A DNA stretch of 64,000 bases from an uncultured delta proteobacterium (lineage in GTDB: Bacteria > Myxococcota > Myxococcia > Myxococcales > Myxococcaceae). Of this stretch, positions 37,187 to 47,313 are shown in pieces; positions within the stretch are counted from its first letter, which is position 1; every line of letters starts with the position of its first letter. The stretch spans positions 32,001 through 96,000 of the forward strand of contig CAVUXN010000004.1 of assembly GCA_963745475.1 (NCBI GenBank), given 5' to 3'. Position numbers and translations under genes: made by a program. The notes beneath the pieces were generated by a model. The model was not told where the DNA came from and ran no database searches. It worked only from the letters and a program-made list of their open reading frames with translations.

Positions 37187-39136
37187 TTACCCCTTCTTCC
37201 GAGGATTCGCCTGGAGTGCCAGAAGGGCCTCCCGGCTCGAGTCGAACATCTCCGGCGGGACGTGGTGGTGGGCCAGAGAGTGGCCGAGGCTGAGGCGCAA
37301 AAAGGCGCTGCTCGTGTAGCGGGTCACCTTCTCGTAGAAACGCTCCATGAGCTGCTCCACGAGCTCGGCGTAGGGTTCCATCAACTCGGGCGCAATGTTG
37401 AAGCCGTCGTAATTCACCACCACCCGTACCCGCCGGCCCAAGGGCGAGCAGCGCTGCTCGACGGTTTCGGCGATGGAGGCGAGCTGGCTTCTCTTCTTGA
37501 GCGCGAGCCCGCTGAAGTCGATGAAGAGAATCTCGCTTGGGGCGTCGAAGCGGATGCGCTCGGCCAGGGATTTTGACTCCAGTGACGCCCTGAGGCCCAT
37601 CATCTCCGGGAGAAAGAGGCGCACGTCCATGGTGGCCAGCTTCGGCGCGCGCAAGGGCTCGAAGTCCATGTTCCCCAAGACGTCGTCCAGCCCAATCCCC
37701 GGCGCCACCTCGATGAGCTCGAGCCCGTCTCGGCTGAGCCGGAACACGCAGCGCTCGGTGACGTAGAGCGCTTCGCGATTGCCCTTCAGGGACTGAGCCG
37801 CGCTGAAGCTCACCTGCTCGACGCTGCGGATGAATTTCCGGACCTTGCCCTCGCGGAGAATGTGCAGCTTTCCCCCTTTGACTTCCACCTCCAGACCACC
37901 GCAGGTGAAGGTACCGACGAAGACGACTTTGCGCGCATTCTGGCTGATGTTGATGAAGCCCCCGCACCCGGCGAAGGTGCGGCCAAAGCGGCTCACATTG
38001 ACGTTCCCGGCCGCGTCGCACTGGGCCATGCCCAGACAGGCGAGGTCCAGCCCCCCGCCGTCGTAGAAGTCGAATTGCTGGTTTTGGTCGATGAGGGCCT
38101 CGGTGTTGGTAGCCGCCCCGAAGTCGAGTCCCCCTGCGGGAAGCCCTCCGATGACTCCCGGCTCGGCGGTGAGGGTGAGGAGGGGCAGAAGTCCTTCCTC
38201 TTGGGCGACACCCGCGACGCCTTCCGGCATGCCAATGCCGAGGTTGATGATGCTTCCTGGAAGGAGCTCCATCGCCGCGCGCCGGGAGACGATTTTGCGC
38301 TCGTTCAAGACGGCGGGGGGGATGGCCTCCAAGACGCCGCGCGTCTCGCCGGAGTACGCGGGATTGTACTGGGTGGCATACGTTTGCCAGTGGTGCTCGG
38401 GCCTGGCCACGGCCACGCAGTCCACCAGGGCTCCCGGAATTTTCACCGCCCGCGCCGACAGCGAACCGGCCTGAGCCACGCGTTCCACCTGGACGATGAC
38501 CAGGCCGCCGCTGTTCTTCGCCGCCATGGCCATGGCCAGGTTGTCCAGCGTCAGGGACTCGCGCTCCATGGTGACGTTGCCTGCGGTGTCGGCCGTCGTC
38601 CCGCGCAAGAGCGCCACGTGAATGGGAAAAGCTTTGTAGAGGAGCCACTCCGTGCCGTGCAGCTCGAGCAGCTCCACCAAGTCCTCGTGGGTGGTGCTGT
38701 TGACCTTCCCGCCCCCGTGGCGTGGGTCGACGAAAGTACCGAGCCCCACCTTGGACAGCGTCCCCGGTTTGTGCGCGGCGATGTCCCGGTACAGCTGGGA
38801 AATGCAGCCCTGGGGCAGGTTGTAGGCTTCGATTTCTCCGGCCAGCGCGAGGGCGCCCAGCCGCGGAATGAGCCCCCAGTGTCCCCCCACCGCGCGCCGG
38901 ATGAGACCGGGAAGCGCCAAGCGATTGAGGCCCCGGGTTTTGCCGTCGCCCTGGCCCGCGGCGAACACCAAGGTCAACTCCCGGGGCGTCCCCGACGCCT
39001 CGAAAGCCCTGGCCACGGCGTCGATGAGGGCGTCCGGCGTCCCATTGCCGACGAATCCCGAGGTGGCAATGGTGTCGCGCGGCCGCACCAGGGCGACCGC
39101 TTCCTCGACACTCGTCACCTTGTTGACGCCCAGCAT
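37187..39136 (-). CDS. Acyl-CoA:acetate/propionate CoA-transferase (YdiF/Pct-like) with extra C-terminal domain
   Basis: [30 protein letters not shown], catalytic-type EPG and [10 protein letters not shown] motifs. Confidence 0.92.
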   Translation of the reverse strand: MLGVNKVTSVEEAVALVRPRDTIATSGFVGNGTPDALIDAVARAFEASGTPRELTLVFAAGQGDGKTRGLNRLALPGLIRRAVGGHWGLIPRLGALALAGEIEAYNLPQGCISQLYRDIAAHKPGTLSKVGLGTFVDPRHGGGKVNSTTHEDLVELLELHGTEWLLYKAFPIHVALLRGTTADTAGNVTMERESLTLDNLAMAMAAKNSGGLVIVQVERVAQAGSLSARAVKIPGALVDCVAVARPEHHWQTYATQYNPAYSGETRGVLEAIPPAVLNERKIVSRRAAMELLPGSIINLGIGMPEGVAGVAQEEGLLPLLTLTAEPGVIGGLPAGGLDFGAATNTEALIDQNQQFDFYDGGGLDLACLGMAQCDAAGNVNVSRFGRTFAGCGGFINISQNARKVVFVGTFTCGGLEVEVKGGKLHILREGKVRKFIRSVEQVSFSAAQSLKGNREALYVTERCVFRLSRDGLELIEVAPGIGLDDVLGNMDFEPLRAPKLATMDVRLFLPEMMGLRASLESKSLAERIRFDAPSEILFIDFSGLALKKRSQLASIAETVEQRCSPLGRRVRVVVNYDGFNIAPELMEPYAELVEQLMERFYEKVTRYTSSAFLRLSLGHSLAHHHVPPEMFDSSREALLALQANPRKKG

Positions 39137-39231
39137 GGCCGAGCTCCCGGCGGCCTCGTGCGGAACGCCATCCGGACCCCCCAGGGACTAGAGTCGAGCC
39201 CGCTTGGAGCCGTCAAGGCGCTCAACAGCGC

Positions 39232-39263
39232 AAAAAAAAGGGAGCCCCAGCTGTGGAGCTCCC
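39232..39263 (-). terminator. Rho-independent terminator downstream of the phasin-like gene
   Basis: Minus strand GGGAGCTCCA-CAGC-TGGGGCTCCC followed by T8. Confidence 0.85.
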
Positions 39264-39337
39264 ACCCAGCCGCCCAAGAGCGAGGGGCCCAGACTCAAGG
39301 GCCCTCTTCTTGGCCGGGGGTCTATACCGGTCGAAGC

Positions 39338-39613
39338 CTAGGCCTTGTCCGGAGCAATCATCGCCGCAGTGCGGCGCGTCGCGTCGAGAAACAGCTTCCG
39401 GAATTCGGCGCTGGCCTTCTCGGTAAGGGCCAGGGACTCCTTGGCAATGCGGCCCGCCTCCTCGAAACCCGTCACGGCCTGCGCAACGGCCTTGCTCTCG
39501 AGCTTCGCCAGCTCGCCCAGGCCGGTCTCAACCCGGCTCACCTGCTCCGACACCATCCGGCTCCACTCACCGACAACTTGCTGCACCTGCGAAGACTTCG
39601 TTCCGTCTGCCAT
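39338..39613 (-). CDS. Phasin-like small amphipathic protein
   Basis: GGAG SD; 91-aa all-helical sequence; lies downstream of phaR with its own promoter, TGC box and terminator. Confidence 0.65.
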   Translation of the reverse strand: MADGTKSSQVQQVVGEWSRMVSEQVSRVETGLGELAKLESKAVAQAVTGFEEAGRIAKESLALTEKASAEFRKLFLDATRRTAAMIAPDKA

Positions 39614-39663
39614 GATCATTCTCCATCGGTTCCGCTCGACGCGTCCATCGCGCCTGCAACGAG

Positions 39664-39713
39664 ACTCTAACCGTCGACCGGAGCCTGTCAATCAAAAATG
39701 CTGCGCTGCAACA
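39664..39713 (-). promoter_or_regulatory. sigma70 promoter with adjacent PhaR-type TGC box
   Basis: Minus strand TTGACA-N16-TAGAGT (39691-39664); TGCTGCGCTGCAACA at 39699-39713 flanked by A tracts. Confidence 0.65.
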
Positions 39714-39720
39714 AAATCAG

Positions 39721-40224
39721 CTACCTGCGGCGCTTCCGGACGCTCTTTTTGAGGGCGTCCACCTCCCGCCGGAGCGCCTCCACTTCCGCGGAGACGGAAG
39801 CCGGTGGAGTCGCCAGGCCACCCCCACCCCGCTCGGCTCCGAGGAAAGCGCCAAACGCATCGGTGGGAGCAAATGCTGAGGCGAAGGGGTTGAAGGCGCT
39901 GACGGCGCCCATCCCCTGGCGCGCCTGCAGGTAGAACTCCAGGGCGCGCGTCACGTACCGGCCAAGGAAGTCTGCGAGGGCGTCGTCCCCCATCCGAATC
40001 AGCTGGTGCAAGAGGGGAATGGGGAGAAGCTGTCCGGCGTTGCGGTCTTCCAGGATGACTTGGGCCAGGGTGGGCTGGGTGAGGTCGACCCCCGTCTTCG
40101 CATCCACGACTCGCACCTCGGCTCCCTTTCTAATTTTCGTCGCAATCTCGCCCAGTGTGACGTAGCGGCTCGCCTCCGCGTCATAGAGCCGCCGGTTTCC
40201 GTACTTCTTGATGGTGACCGACAT
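39721..40224 (-). CDS. phaR: Polyhydroxyalkanoate synthesis regulator
   Basis: IKKYGNRRLYD...RYVTL...VVDAKTGVDLT...LAQVILE...LHQLIR; AAGGAG SD. Confidence 0.92.
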   Translation of the reverse strand: MSVTIKKYGNRRLYDAEASRYVTLGEIATKIRKGAEVRVVDAKTGVDLTQPTLAQVILEDRNAGQLLPIPLLHQLIRMGDDALADFLGRYVTRALEFYLQARQGMGAVSAFNPFASAFAPTDAFGAFLGAERGGGGLATPPASVSAEVEALRREVDALKKSVRKRRR

Positions 40225-40391
40225 GGAGCGCTCTCCTTGAACTGGGGCTGCTCGCGAGGTGCTTACACCACCCAGGCCTGCGCCTCCACACGCCGGCTTC
40301 AATTGCAAGTGCGAAATGTAAGTGAGCATGTGCAGCATTGCGACCGACGGAGACTCTCTTTCGTCGGCCCGAGCCGTTAGGCTCCCGTCCC

Positions 40392-41603
40392 ATGTATTTT
40401 GCCTACCAACTGCAGCGTGGACTCCAGGAGCCGCTCCACCTTTGGGCGACCATCCAGCAAGCCGTCTGGTCGCACCCCGCACTCCCGGAAACTCCCCTCA
40501 CCCGGACGCTGGTGGCCATGAGCGAGCTCGTGGAACGCTCCACGCGCTTCTACGCCAAGCCTTCCTTCGGGCTCACCTCCACCACCCTCGGCGAGCGCAC
40601 CGTCCCGGTGGTGGAGAAACGCGCTCAGCGCACCCCCTTTTGCGAACTCGTCCACTTCGAGCGCGAAGGGGGCGCCTCAAGCCCCAAAGTGCTCCTCGTC
40701 GCTCCCCTCTCTGGCCATCACGCCACCCTCTTGCGCGAGACGGTGCGCGAGCTGCTTGGGGACCACGACGTCTACCTCACGGACTGGGTGGACGCGCGGC
40801 GCATTCCCGTCTCGGCCGGCCCGTTTGACTTGGAGGACTATGTGGCCTTGGTCCAGGTCCTTCTTCGAGAGCTTGGCCCGGACGTCCACGTCATCTCCGT
40901 CTGCCAACCCGCGGTCGCTGTCCTGACGGCGGTGTCCCTCCTTGCCGAAGACGAGCCCGAGGCCCAGCCCCGCACCATGGCGCTCCTCGCCGGACCGGTG
41001 GACAGCCGCGTCAATCCCACCGAGGTCAACCGGCTGGCGCGCGCACAGCCGCTGGCATGGTTTGAGCGCTGGGCGGTGGACACCGTGCCAGCAACGGAGG
41101 CCGGCGCCGGGCGGCGGGTGTGCCCGGGCTTCTTCCAGCTTTCGGGTTTCGTCTCGATGAACGCCGACCGGCACTGGACCGCGCACTGCAAGCTGTTTCG
41201 CGACCTGGCGGAAGGAGACGAGGAGGGCGCCGCCACAGGCCGGCGTTTCTACGACGAGTACCTGGCGGTGATGGACTTGCCGGCGGAGTACTACCTACAG
41301 ACGGTGCGTTCCGTCTTCCAAGAGGACGCTCTGGCACTGGGGACGCTGACGCTGAAGAACGGCCGACGCGTGCGGCCGGCCGCCATCACCCGGACGGCGC
41401 TCCTGACGGTGGAAGGCGAGAAGGACGACATCACCGGGCTCGGACAAACAAGGGCCGCCCACGCGCTGTGTGCGGGCATCGCCGCGGAAAAGAAGGAGCA
41501 CCACCAGCAGCCTGGCGCGGGGCACTACGGCGTCTTCACCGGCCGGAGATGGCGAGAAGGGGTCGCCCCCCGGATTCGGGACTTCATTCGCCGGCACGCG
41601 TAG
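40392..41603 (+). CDS. phaZ: Intracellular PHB depolymerase
   Basis: VAPLSGHHATLLR, YLTDW, catalytic-type SVCQP, FYDEYLAVMDL, EGEKDDI and GHYGVF motifs; no signal peptide. Confidence 0.93.
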   Translation: MYFAYQLQRGLQEPLHLWATIQQAVWSHPALPETPLTRTLVAMSELVERSTRFYAKPSFGLTSTTLGERTVPVVEKRAQRTPFCELVHFEREGGASSPKVLLVAPLSGHHATLLRETVRELLGDHDVYLTDWVDARRIPVSAGPFDLEDYVALVQVLLRELGPDVHVISVCQPAVAVLTAVSLLAEDEPEAQPRTMALLAGPVDSRVNPTEVNRLARAQPLAWFERWAVDTVPATEAGAGRRVCPGFFQLSGFVSMNADRHWTAHCKLFRDLAEGDEEGAATGRRFYDEYLAVMDLPAEYYLQTVRSVFQEDALALGTLTLKNGRRVRPAAITRTALLTVEGEKDDITGLGQTRAAHALCAGIAAEKKEHHQQPGAGHYGVFTGRRWREGVAPRIRDFIRRHA

Positions 41604-41691
41604 CCCAAGCCTACTTAGGCTTGGCACACACCCTCCTCCTTGACGGGCAAGACGGTACCGCCCTTAGCATCTCCCGCCTCGCCTGCTTCCG

Positions 41692-42954
41692 ATGCCTGAG
41701 CCCTCCGCCGACCCCGGTGATGCTGGCCTCCACCACCAGCTGGGCTTTCTCGCCCAGCTGCTGGAGGCCGTCGAGGAGACGCCCACCGCCGGACTATGGA
41801 AGTACGGCCCGCTTCCGGACGGCAGCCGATTTGACCTCGTCGCCGGGGCAGGCCGTCTGCGCTTTGTGGCAGGCGGCTCCACCGAGGAACGGCTTGGAGC
41901 GCAGGTGGAGCGCCTCTATCCGGAAATGGCTCGTCTCATCCCGGACGCGCTGGCGCGCTCGCGCGCTGAGCGCAGGCCTCTGGGCGAGGTGCTCATCGAC
42001 ACCGGCGGCCCGCGCGCCGAGCTTGCCGTCCGCGGCGCGCTGAAGGCGCAGATGGTGAAGCGGCTCCTCCACCTGGCGGCGCTCACCCCGCCCGGAGTGG
42101 AGGCCCACTTCGAGGCGCTCAAAGCCTCGGTGGATTCTCGACTCTCCTTTGGCGCCTTCGAGGCCTACCTGGCCTGCGCCAAAGCCCTCACCCCGACGCC
42201 TCTGGACGTCGCCCACCGGGCCGCCGCAGACGTCGGCTCACGGGCCCGCACCAGCCTGGTGGTGCTCCACGAGAGGACCGGCGAGCCAGCAGTGGTGCTC
42301 GCCGCGAATGGACTCACGAGTGCAAGCTTCGACGGCCTGGACCGTGCGCTCCGGGACCTCTCGGCCCTGGTGCGCACCCCGGATGGGACTCCCGCGGGAG
42401 ACACGCTGCAGCTCGCCGCGCTCGGTGCGACACGCCATTGGCGTGTCGCCGTGGTGGGAGCTGCGTGTGCCGCCCTTCTCGACGACGTGGACGATGAGAC
42501 GTCCGCTTCGCTTCTGGCCCGAGTGTTGGAGCGCCTTCCAGCGCCGGCCGAGGGAGGCCTGCGGCCACCCACCCTGGACGCTTCGGCCCCACCGCTGGCA
42601 CACACCTTGGAGGGTGCCACCGGCGATGTCCCGGGCTGCTTGGCCGCGGGCCTCGTCCACCTCCCGACGGGGGACGTCGAGAGTGGCTTTCTCGCCGAGG
42701 AGGGCGCCGGCTTACGACTCGCGAGTGGCGCAGCGGTGGCCTCCTCGCTTTTGACGGCGGAGCGGCAAGAGGGTGGCCACCGCACTCCCGACGAGGCCTG
42801 GGCGCTCACCCGCCGTGGACTCTTTTTGGCCTTCCCCCTGGGAAAGGACACTGAGCAGGCGTTGGTGCTCGCCTGCCGGCGCGCCACCAACGTCGGCGTG
42901 GCGCTGGCCCTGGGGCGGCAATGGCGCGTCCGGGTTGCGGACCACGCCCGCTGA
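41692..42954 (+). CDS. Hypothetical multidomain protein with a roadblock/LC7-like C-terminus
   Basis: ARSRAERRPLGEVLID segment; C-terminal DVPGCLAAGLVHLPTG...LVLACRRATNVGVAL. Confidence 0.55.
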   Translation: MPEPSADPGDAGLHHQLGFLAQLLEAVEETPTAGLWKYGPLPDGSRFDLVAGAGRLRFVAGGSTEERLGAQVERLYPEMARLIPDALARSRAERRPLGEVLIDTGGPRAELAVRGALKAQMVKRLLHLAALTPPGVEAHFEALKASVDSRLSFGAFEAYLACAKALTPTPLDVAHRAAADVGSRARTSLVVLHERTGEPAVVLAANGLTSASFDGLDRALRDLSALVRTPDGTPAGDTLQLAALGATRHWRVAVVGAACAALLDDVDDETSASLLARVLERLPAPAEGGLRPPTLDASAPPLAHTLEGATGDVPGCLAAGLVHLPTGDVESGFLAEEGAGLRLASGAAVASSLLTAERQEGGHRTPDEAWALTRRGLFLAFPLGKDTEQALVLACRRATNVGVALALGRQWRVRVADHAR

Positions 42955-43051
42955 AAAGACGGAGCCAGTCTCCGTCCTGCTTTTGTCTCTGAGGCGGCGG
43001 CCCCGGGGGCCGTGGTAAGGCCCGCGTTTCTAAGCTGCGCTACCGGTTGCC

Positions 43052-43423
43052 ATGGACGCCCCACCCCCCACCGCCCCTGCGCCCTACCGACGCTCGCTCA
43101 GCCTGACGCTGACGTGCGCGTTGGCCTTCCTCGCCGCGCTCCAGGCTTTCGCCTTCTCTTTCGGCCCGGACTACAGAAACCTCGGCGCCTCGCTCGGCGC
43201 CCCCTGGCTTCCACGCTTCATCTTTGCCTCCTCGGCCGCGAGCATGTTTTTTCTGGTGGTCCTGTGGTGGCGGATGCTGCGCTTGGCGGTGTGGGGCTTC
43301 CTGGCGGTGGCCGCTTTGCAAAGCCTGGCCTTCGTGCACCTCGGCCAGTGGAGGCTCACCATGCTGGTGCTTCCGGCTCTGGTCGGAGGCGCGGCTGCGT
43401 GGAATTGGGCTCGGCTGCGCTAG
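43052..43423 (+). CDS. Hypothetical 4-TM membrane protein
   Basis: Four hydrophobic segments; convergent with the YbjQ-family gene. Confidence 0.6.
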   Translation: MDAPPPTAPAPYRRSLSLTLTCALAFLAALQAFAFSFGPDYRNLGASLGAPWLPRFIFASSAASMFFLVVLWWRMLRLAVWGFLAVAALQSLAFVHLGQWRLTMLVLPALVGGAAAWNWARLR

Positions 43424-43791
43424 GCAGTGGAGTCCACGACGACGACCGCCGTGCCGTAGCACAGCACCTCGGTGACGCCCTGCCCAATCTCCGTCGCGTC
43501 ATAGGCCGCGCCGATGACGGCGTTGGCACCAACCGCTCGGGCATGCAGCGCCATGCGCTCGAAGGCCTCCCGGCGTGCGAGCTCGCACATCTCGCTCCAC
43601 AGCGTGATGTTGCCGCCAAAGAGTGTCTGCAGCCCGGCGAAAAAACTTCCAACAATGCTGCGCGAGCGCACGACGATGCCTCGGACGATGCCTAGGTTTT
43701 TCACGATGCGGTGGCCGGGCAGCTCAAACGCGGTGGTCACCATGGCCAGTGGGACGGTGGACAGTGGACGGCTCAAGGACGAAGGGTCCAT
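43420..43791 (-). CDS. YbjQ (UPF0145) family protein
   Basis: [17 protein letters not shown]-like ARREA, GANAVIG and EVLCYGTAV motifs. Confidence 0.92.
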   Translation of the reverse strand: MDPSSLSRPLSTVPLAMVTTAFELPGHRIVKNLGIVRGIVVRSRSIVGSFFAGLQTLFGGNITLWSEMCELARREAFERMALHARAVGANAVIGAAYDATEIGQGVTEVLCYGTAVVVVDSTA

Positions 43792-44552
43792 CGAGAGTTC
43801 TCCGAGGACGACGAGAGTGCGCGAGGAGGAAGACTAGAACGGCTCCTGCGGCTGGGCGAACTTCGGAGCGCGCATGGCCCGCCCCAGGGGGAGCGCTCGC
43901 CCCCAGCACCGAGTGGCACACTGCTGCCACCGACGGATACTAGGAGCGCTTGCCGCTTCGAGACGCGCGGCCGGGCGCCTCGGGGCACGCCGGCGCGGGG
44001 CGGCTGATGCGCGGAGACAGTTTTCAGCGCGCGGGGCGCGAGGACTCTTTGAAGTGTTGCGCGAAGCGCGTCGCGTTCGGACTCGTCCAAGACGCCGAGG
44101 ACGTCACGCACCACGGCCAGCACTTTGGGACGCCAGCGCCGGTGCCAGCGTCGGCCACGCGGTGTCAGCGCAACCAGCCGGCACCGGCCATCCGTGGCGT
44201 CCGGGGTACGGGTGGTGAGGCCTGCTGCGTCCAACTCCGCCAGCTGTCGTGAGATACCGGCCGGATGCTGGCCGATGACGTCTGCCAAGTCGCGCTGACT
44301 GCTCGGGCCGAGACGGCTGAGCACGGCGACAAGGGCCCAGCCCAGGACGGCCTCGTCCTCGAGAGCCAGGATGCGTCCCACGCTGCTCCAGACCTTGCGT
44401 CGGGCGTGGGCGATGAGTTGGGCCAGCTCCTCGAACTCCTCTAGAGGACCCAAGACGGCTGGCGATGAAGGCTGCACGGGGGGCACGGGTGTGTAGGCCG
44501 GGATTCGTTGCTGTTGCAATTGAATTAACGCCTGAGCATTAGAGCCTGCCAT
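43773..44552 (-). CDS. MarR-family regulator (both ends uncertain)
   Basis: SQRDLA...[29 protein letters not shown]; the long low-complexity C-tail may reflect an indel. Confidence 0.85.
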   Translation of the reverse strand: MAGSNAQALIQLQQQRIPAYTPVPPVQPSSPAVLGPLEEFEELAQLIAHARRKVWSSVGRILALEDEAVLGWALVAVLSRLGPSSQRDLADVIGQHPAGISRQLAELDAAGLTTRTPDATDGRCRLVALTPRGRRWHRRWRPKVLAVVRDVLGVLDESERDALRATLQRVLAPRALKTVSAHQPPRAGVPRGARPRVSKRQALLVSVGGSSVPLGAGGERSPWGGPCALRSSPSRRSRSSLPPRALSSSSENSRWTLRP

Positions 44553-44697
44553 GCGTCTTTCGCATCTCGTCGCTGCGTCTCTCGGATGTGGACGCCCCGC
44601 GCCGGCTCAGCGGATTCTCCGCTGGGCTCGGTCCGCGGTGTGCAGTCGCAGCCGAGTCGCCCCACCCCCGGCTCCCCGGGGCTCGGAGAACTGGAAC

Positions 44698-46092
44698 ATG
44701 CGTCTTCCCTGGTCAACTGCCGTCGTGGTGTTGGTGCTCGCCATGAATGCGTCGGCGCAGGTTCCCCTGCCGCCGCCGCCCGCTCTCCCGCTCCCGCGAC
44801 TGACGACGGCCCCCGACCCAACGTTGGGGTCGCCGGCCATGGCCACCGACGGCGGCGTCGACGGCATTACTCCGGTGACGGAGTCCATCGGCTTTCAGCA
44901 GGCGGTGGACCAGGCGTTGGCCCGTAACCCCAGCACCCTCACCGCCGTCCAGGAGGTGGACCGCATCCACGGGCTGATGGAGGAAATCCGCGCCGCCTCC
45001 ATCCCCACGTTGGCGGCAAACCTCAACTTCACCCACCTGGACAACGCTCGGACGGAAGTCAGCCCGGTGACCGGAACCAACGTCACCATCTATCCAAAGA
45101 ACCAGTGGGCAGGAAACGTCCAACTCAACATCCCGCTCCTCGTCCCGGCGGCCTGGGCCAATGCCATCCGCGCCAATGACCAGGTGGAAGTCGCTCGCTT
45201 CAACGAGGCGGACGTCCGTCGGGTGGTGGCCACCAACACCGCGAAGACGTACATCGCCCTCGTCGCCCAGAAGCGGCAGGTCGAAGTCAACGTCCTGGCT
45301 CGCGACACGGCGGTGGCCCAGCTCGACTACGCCAAGAAGCGCCTCACCGGCGGCCTGGGGAACAAGGTGGACGCGGCACGCGCCGCCCAGACGCTGGAGA
45401 GTGCCGAGGTGGTGCTGCAGGCGAGTTACCAAAACCTGTACAGCGCCCAAGAGGCCTTGGGCGTGCTGCTCGGTCGCAGCGGTCCGGTCGACGCCTCCGC
45501 AGCACCCACCTTCCCCCAGCTCCCAGGCCTTGACGCCGCACTGGCGGAGGCGCCCAAGGAGCGCTCCGACGTGCAGCTGTACCAGGAGGAAGTCAAAGCC
45601 AGTGACCGCTCGTTGAATATGACGTGGACGGAGTACATGCCCACCCTCAACCTCTTGGGCGAGCCACTCTTTCAGAGCCCGCAGACGCCTCCCTTCCCGG
45701 AATGGGGCTGGCAAATTCAGGCTCAGCTGAGCTGGACCATTTTCGACGGCGGAGCGCGCTACGGACGGACGCACCAGCGGGAAGCCCAGCTGGCGGAGAA
45801 CCGCATCACGTTAGAAGGCGCCACCCGCCAGGTGCTCTCCGACGTCCGGGTGTCTTTCGACGCGGTGAAGCGAAGCGCCCGGGCGCTGGAGAATGCGCGC
45901 CAGGCGGCGGCCTACGCCGTGGACACCTACCGGCTGGCGGACATCTCCTACCGCGCTGGCGCCAGCACCAACCTGGACTTGATTCAGGCGTTTCTGGTGG
46001 CCCGCGACGCGGCCACCCTGTCCATCATCGCCGAGGACGCGCTCCGGCAGTCGGCGCTGGACTTACTCGTCGCCGCAGGCCGATTCCCCTGA
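44698..46092 (+). CDS. TolC-family outer membrane efflux protein
   Basis: Signal peptide; AVDQALARNP, ERSDV, IFDGG and YRAGASTNLDL repeats. Confidence 0.9.
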   Translation: MRLPWSTAVVVLVLAMNASAQVPLPPPPALPLPRLTTAPDPTLGSPAMATDGGVDGITPVTESIGFQQAVDQALARNPSTLTAVQEVDRIHGLMEEIRAASIPTLAANLNFTHLDNARTEVSPVTGTNVTIYPKNQWAGNVQLNIPLLVPAAWANAIRANDQVEVARFNEADVRRVVATNTAKTYIALVAQKRQVEVNVLARDTAVAQLDYAKKRLTGGLGNKVDAARAAQTLESAEVVLQASYQNLYSAQEALGVLLGRSGPVDASAAPTFPQLPGLDAALAEAPKERSDVQLYQEEVKASDRSLNMTWTEYMPTLNLLGEPLFQSPQTPPFPEWGWQIQAQLSWTIFDGGARYGRTHQREAQLAENRITLEGATRQVLSDVRVSFDAVKRSARALENARQAAAYAVDTYRLADISYRAGASTNLDLIQAFLVARDAATLSIIAEDALRQSALDLLVAAGRFP

Positions 46093-46095
46093 CCG

Positions 46096-47313
46096 CTACT
46101 CGTAGCGAAGGGCGTCAATCGGGTCGAGGCGACTCGCCTTCTGCGCGGGGTAGAGGCCGAAGACCACGCCCACCAGGGCGCTGAAGATGACCGCCACCAG
46201 GATGACGTCGGCGCGAAACAGCACCGGCCAGTGAAAGAGTGACGTCATCCACCGCGCGGTGAAAACGCCCGCGGCGATGCCCAACATCCCGCCCAGCGTG
46301 GCCAGCGTCACCGCTTCGACGAGAAACTGCATGAGAATGTCGATGCCGCGCGCCCCGATGGCCATGCGGGTCCCAATCTCCCGTGTCCGCTCGGTGACGC
46401 TGACCAGCATGATGTTCATGATGCCGATGCCGCCCACCAGCAGCGACACCCCAGCCACGATGGCCAACAAAAGAGACACCGTCCGGCTCGACTCTTCCTG
46501 GGCGCTGGCCACCTCGGCCAGGTTCCGAATGAAGAAGTCGTCCTCGCCGGTCCGGACGTTGTGTCGGTCGCGCAGGAGGTTGGTGACGTCCGTCTCTGCC
46601 CGCTCGGCAGTGGTGCCGGTGATGAGAATCTGGCCGGCGACGAATTTCTGAAGGCCTCCCTGCACCTTGGCCATGTAGGTCGTGAGGGGAATGAAGACGC
46701 AGTCGTCGTAGTCCTGCCCAAACGGGCTTTGGCCCTTCTTTCCGGCCACCGCCACCACCTGGAAGGGGATGTTGCGGATGCGCACCACTTGGCCCACCGG
46801 GTTTGCGTTGGGGCCGAACAGCTTGTCGGAGACGGTGGCGCCGAGCACCACCACCTTCGCGCCCGCGTCCACGTCGGACTGGGTGAAGCGCGTGCCGACT
46901 TGCATCGGCCAGCTGCGAATCTCGAAAAAATCCGGCTCGGTGCCCTGGACCTGCGTCGTCCAGTTGGCGTCCTCGCTGATGACTTGAGAGCCGGAGCGCA
47001 GAACGGCCACCGCGTACCGCACCGAGGGGAGCTCGGTGCGGATGGCGCGCAAATCATCCCAGGTGAGCGTGGGCTGCGTCCCGCTGCCGCCGCGTGCACC
47101 GCCCGCGTTGGTCGTGCCGGGGAGCACCACCAACAGGTTGGTGCCCATCGAAGCGAAGGCTTCCTCCACGGCGGAGCGCGCGCCTTCTCCAATGGCCACG
47201 GTGGCGATGACCGCGCCGACGCCGAAAATCATCCCCAGGGTGGTGAGGAAGGAGCGGAGCTTGTTGCGCATCAGGGCGCGTAGCGCGACCCGGATGACTT
47301 CGAAGAGGTTCAC
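46096..47313 (-). CDS. MacB-like ABC permease
   Basis: RNKLRSFLT, SLLVGGIGIMNIMLVSVTERTREIG and LDPIDALRYE motifs. Confidence 0.95.
   Translation of the reverse strand: MNLFEVIRVALRALMRNKLRSFLTTLGMIFGVGAVIATVAIGEGARSAVEEAFASMGTNLLVVLPGTTNAGGARGGSGTQPTLTWDDLRAIRTELPSVRYAVAVLRSGSQVISEDANWTTQVQGTEPDFFEIRSWPMQVGTRFTQSDVDAGAKVVVLGATVSDKLFGPNANPVGQVVRIRNIPFQVVAVAGKKGQSPFGQDYDDCVFIPLTTYMAKVQGGLQKFVAGQILITGTTAERAETDVTNLLRDRHNVRTGEDDFFIRNLAEVASAQEESSRTVSLLLAIVAGVSLLVGGIGIMNIMLVSVTERTREIGTRMAIGARGIDILMQFLVEAVTLATLGGMLGIAAGVFTARWMTSLFHWPVLFRADVILVAVIFSALVGVVFGLYPAQKASRLDPIDALRYE

Noticed and set aside
41621..41640. sigma54 promoter (TTGGCAC) upstream of the 41692 gene
   Set aside because: The required TTGC at -12 is absent.
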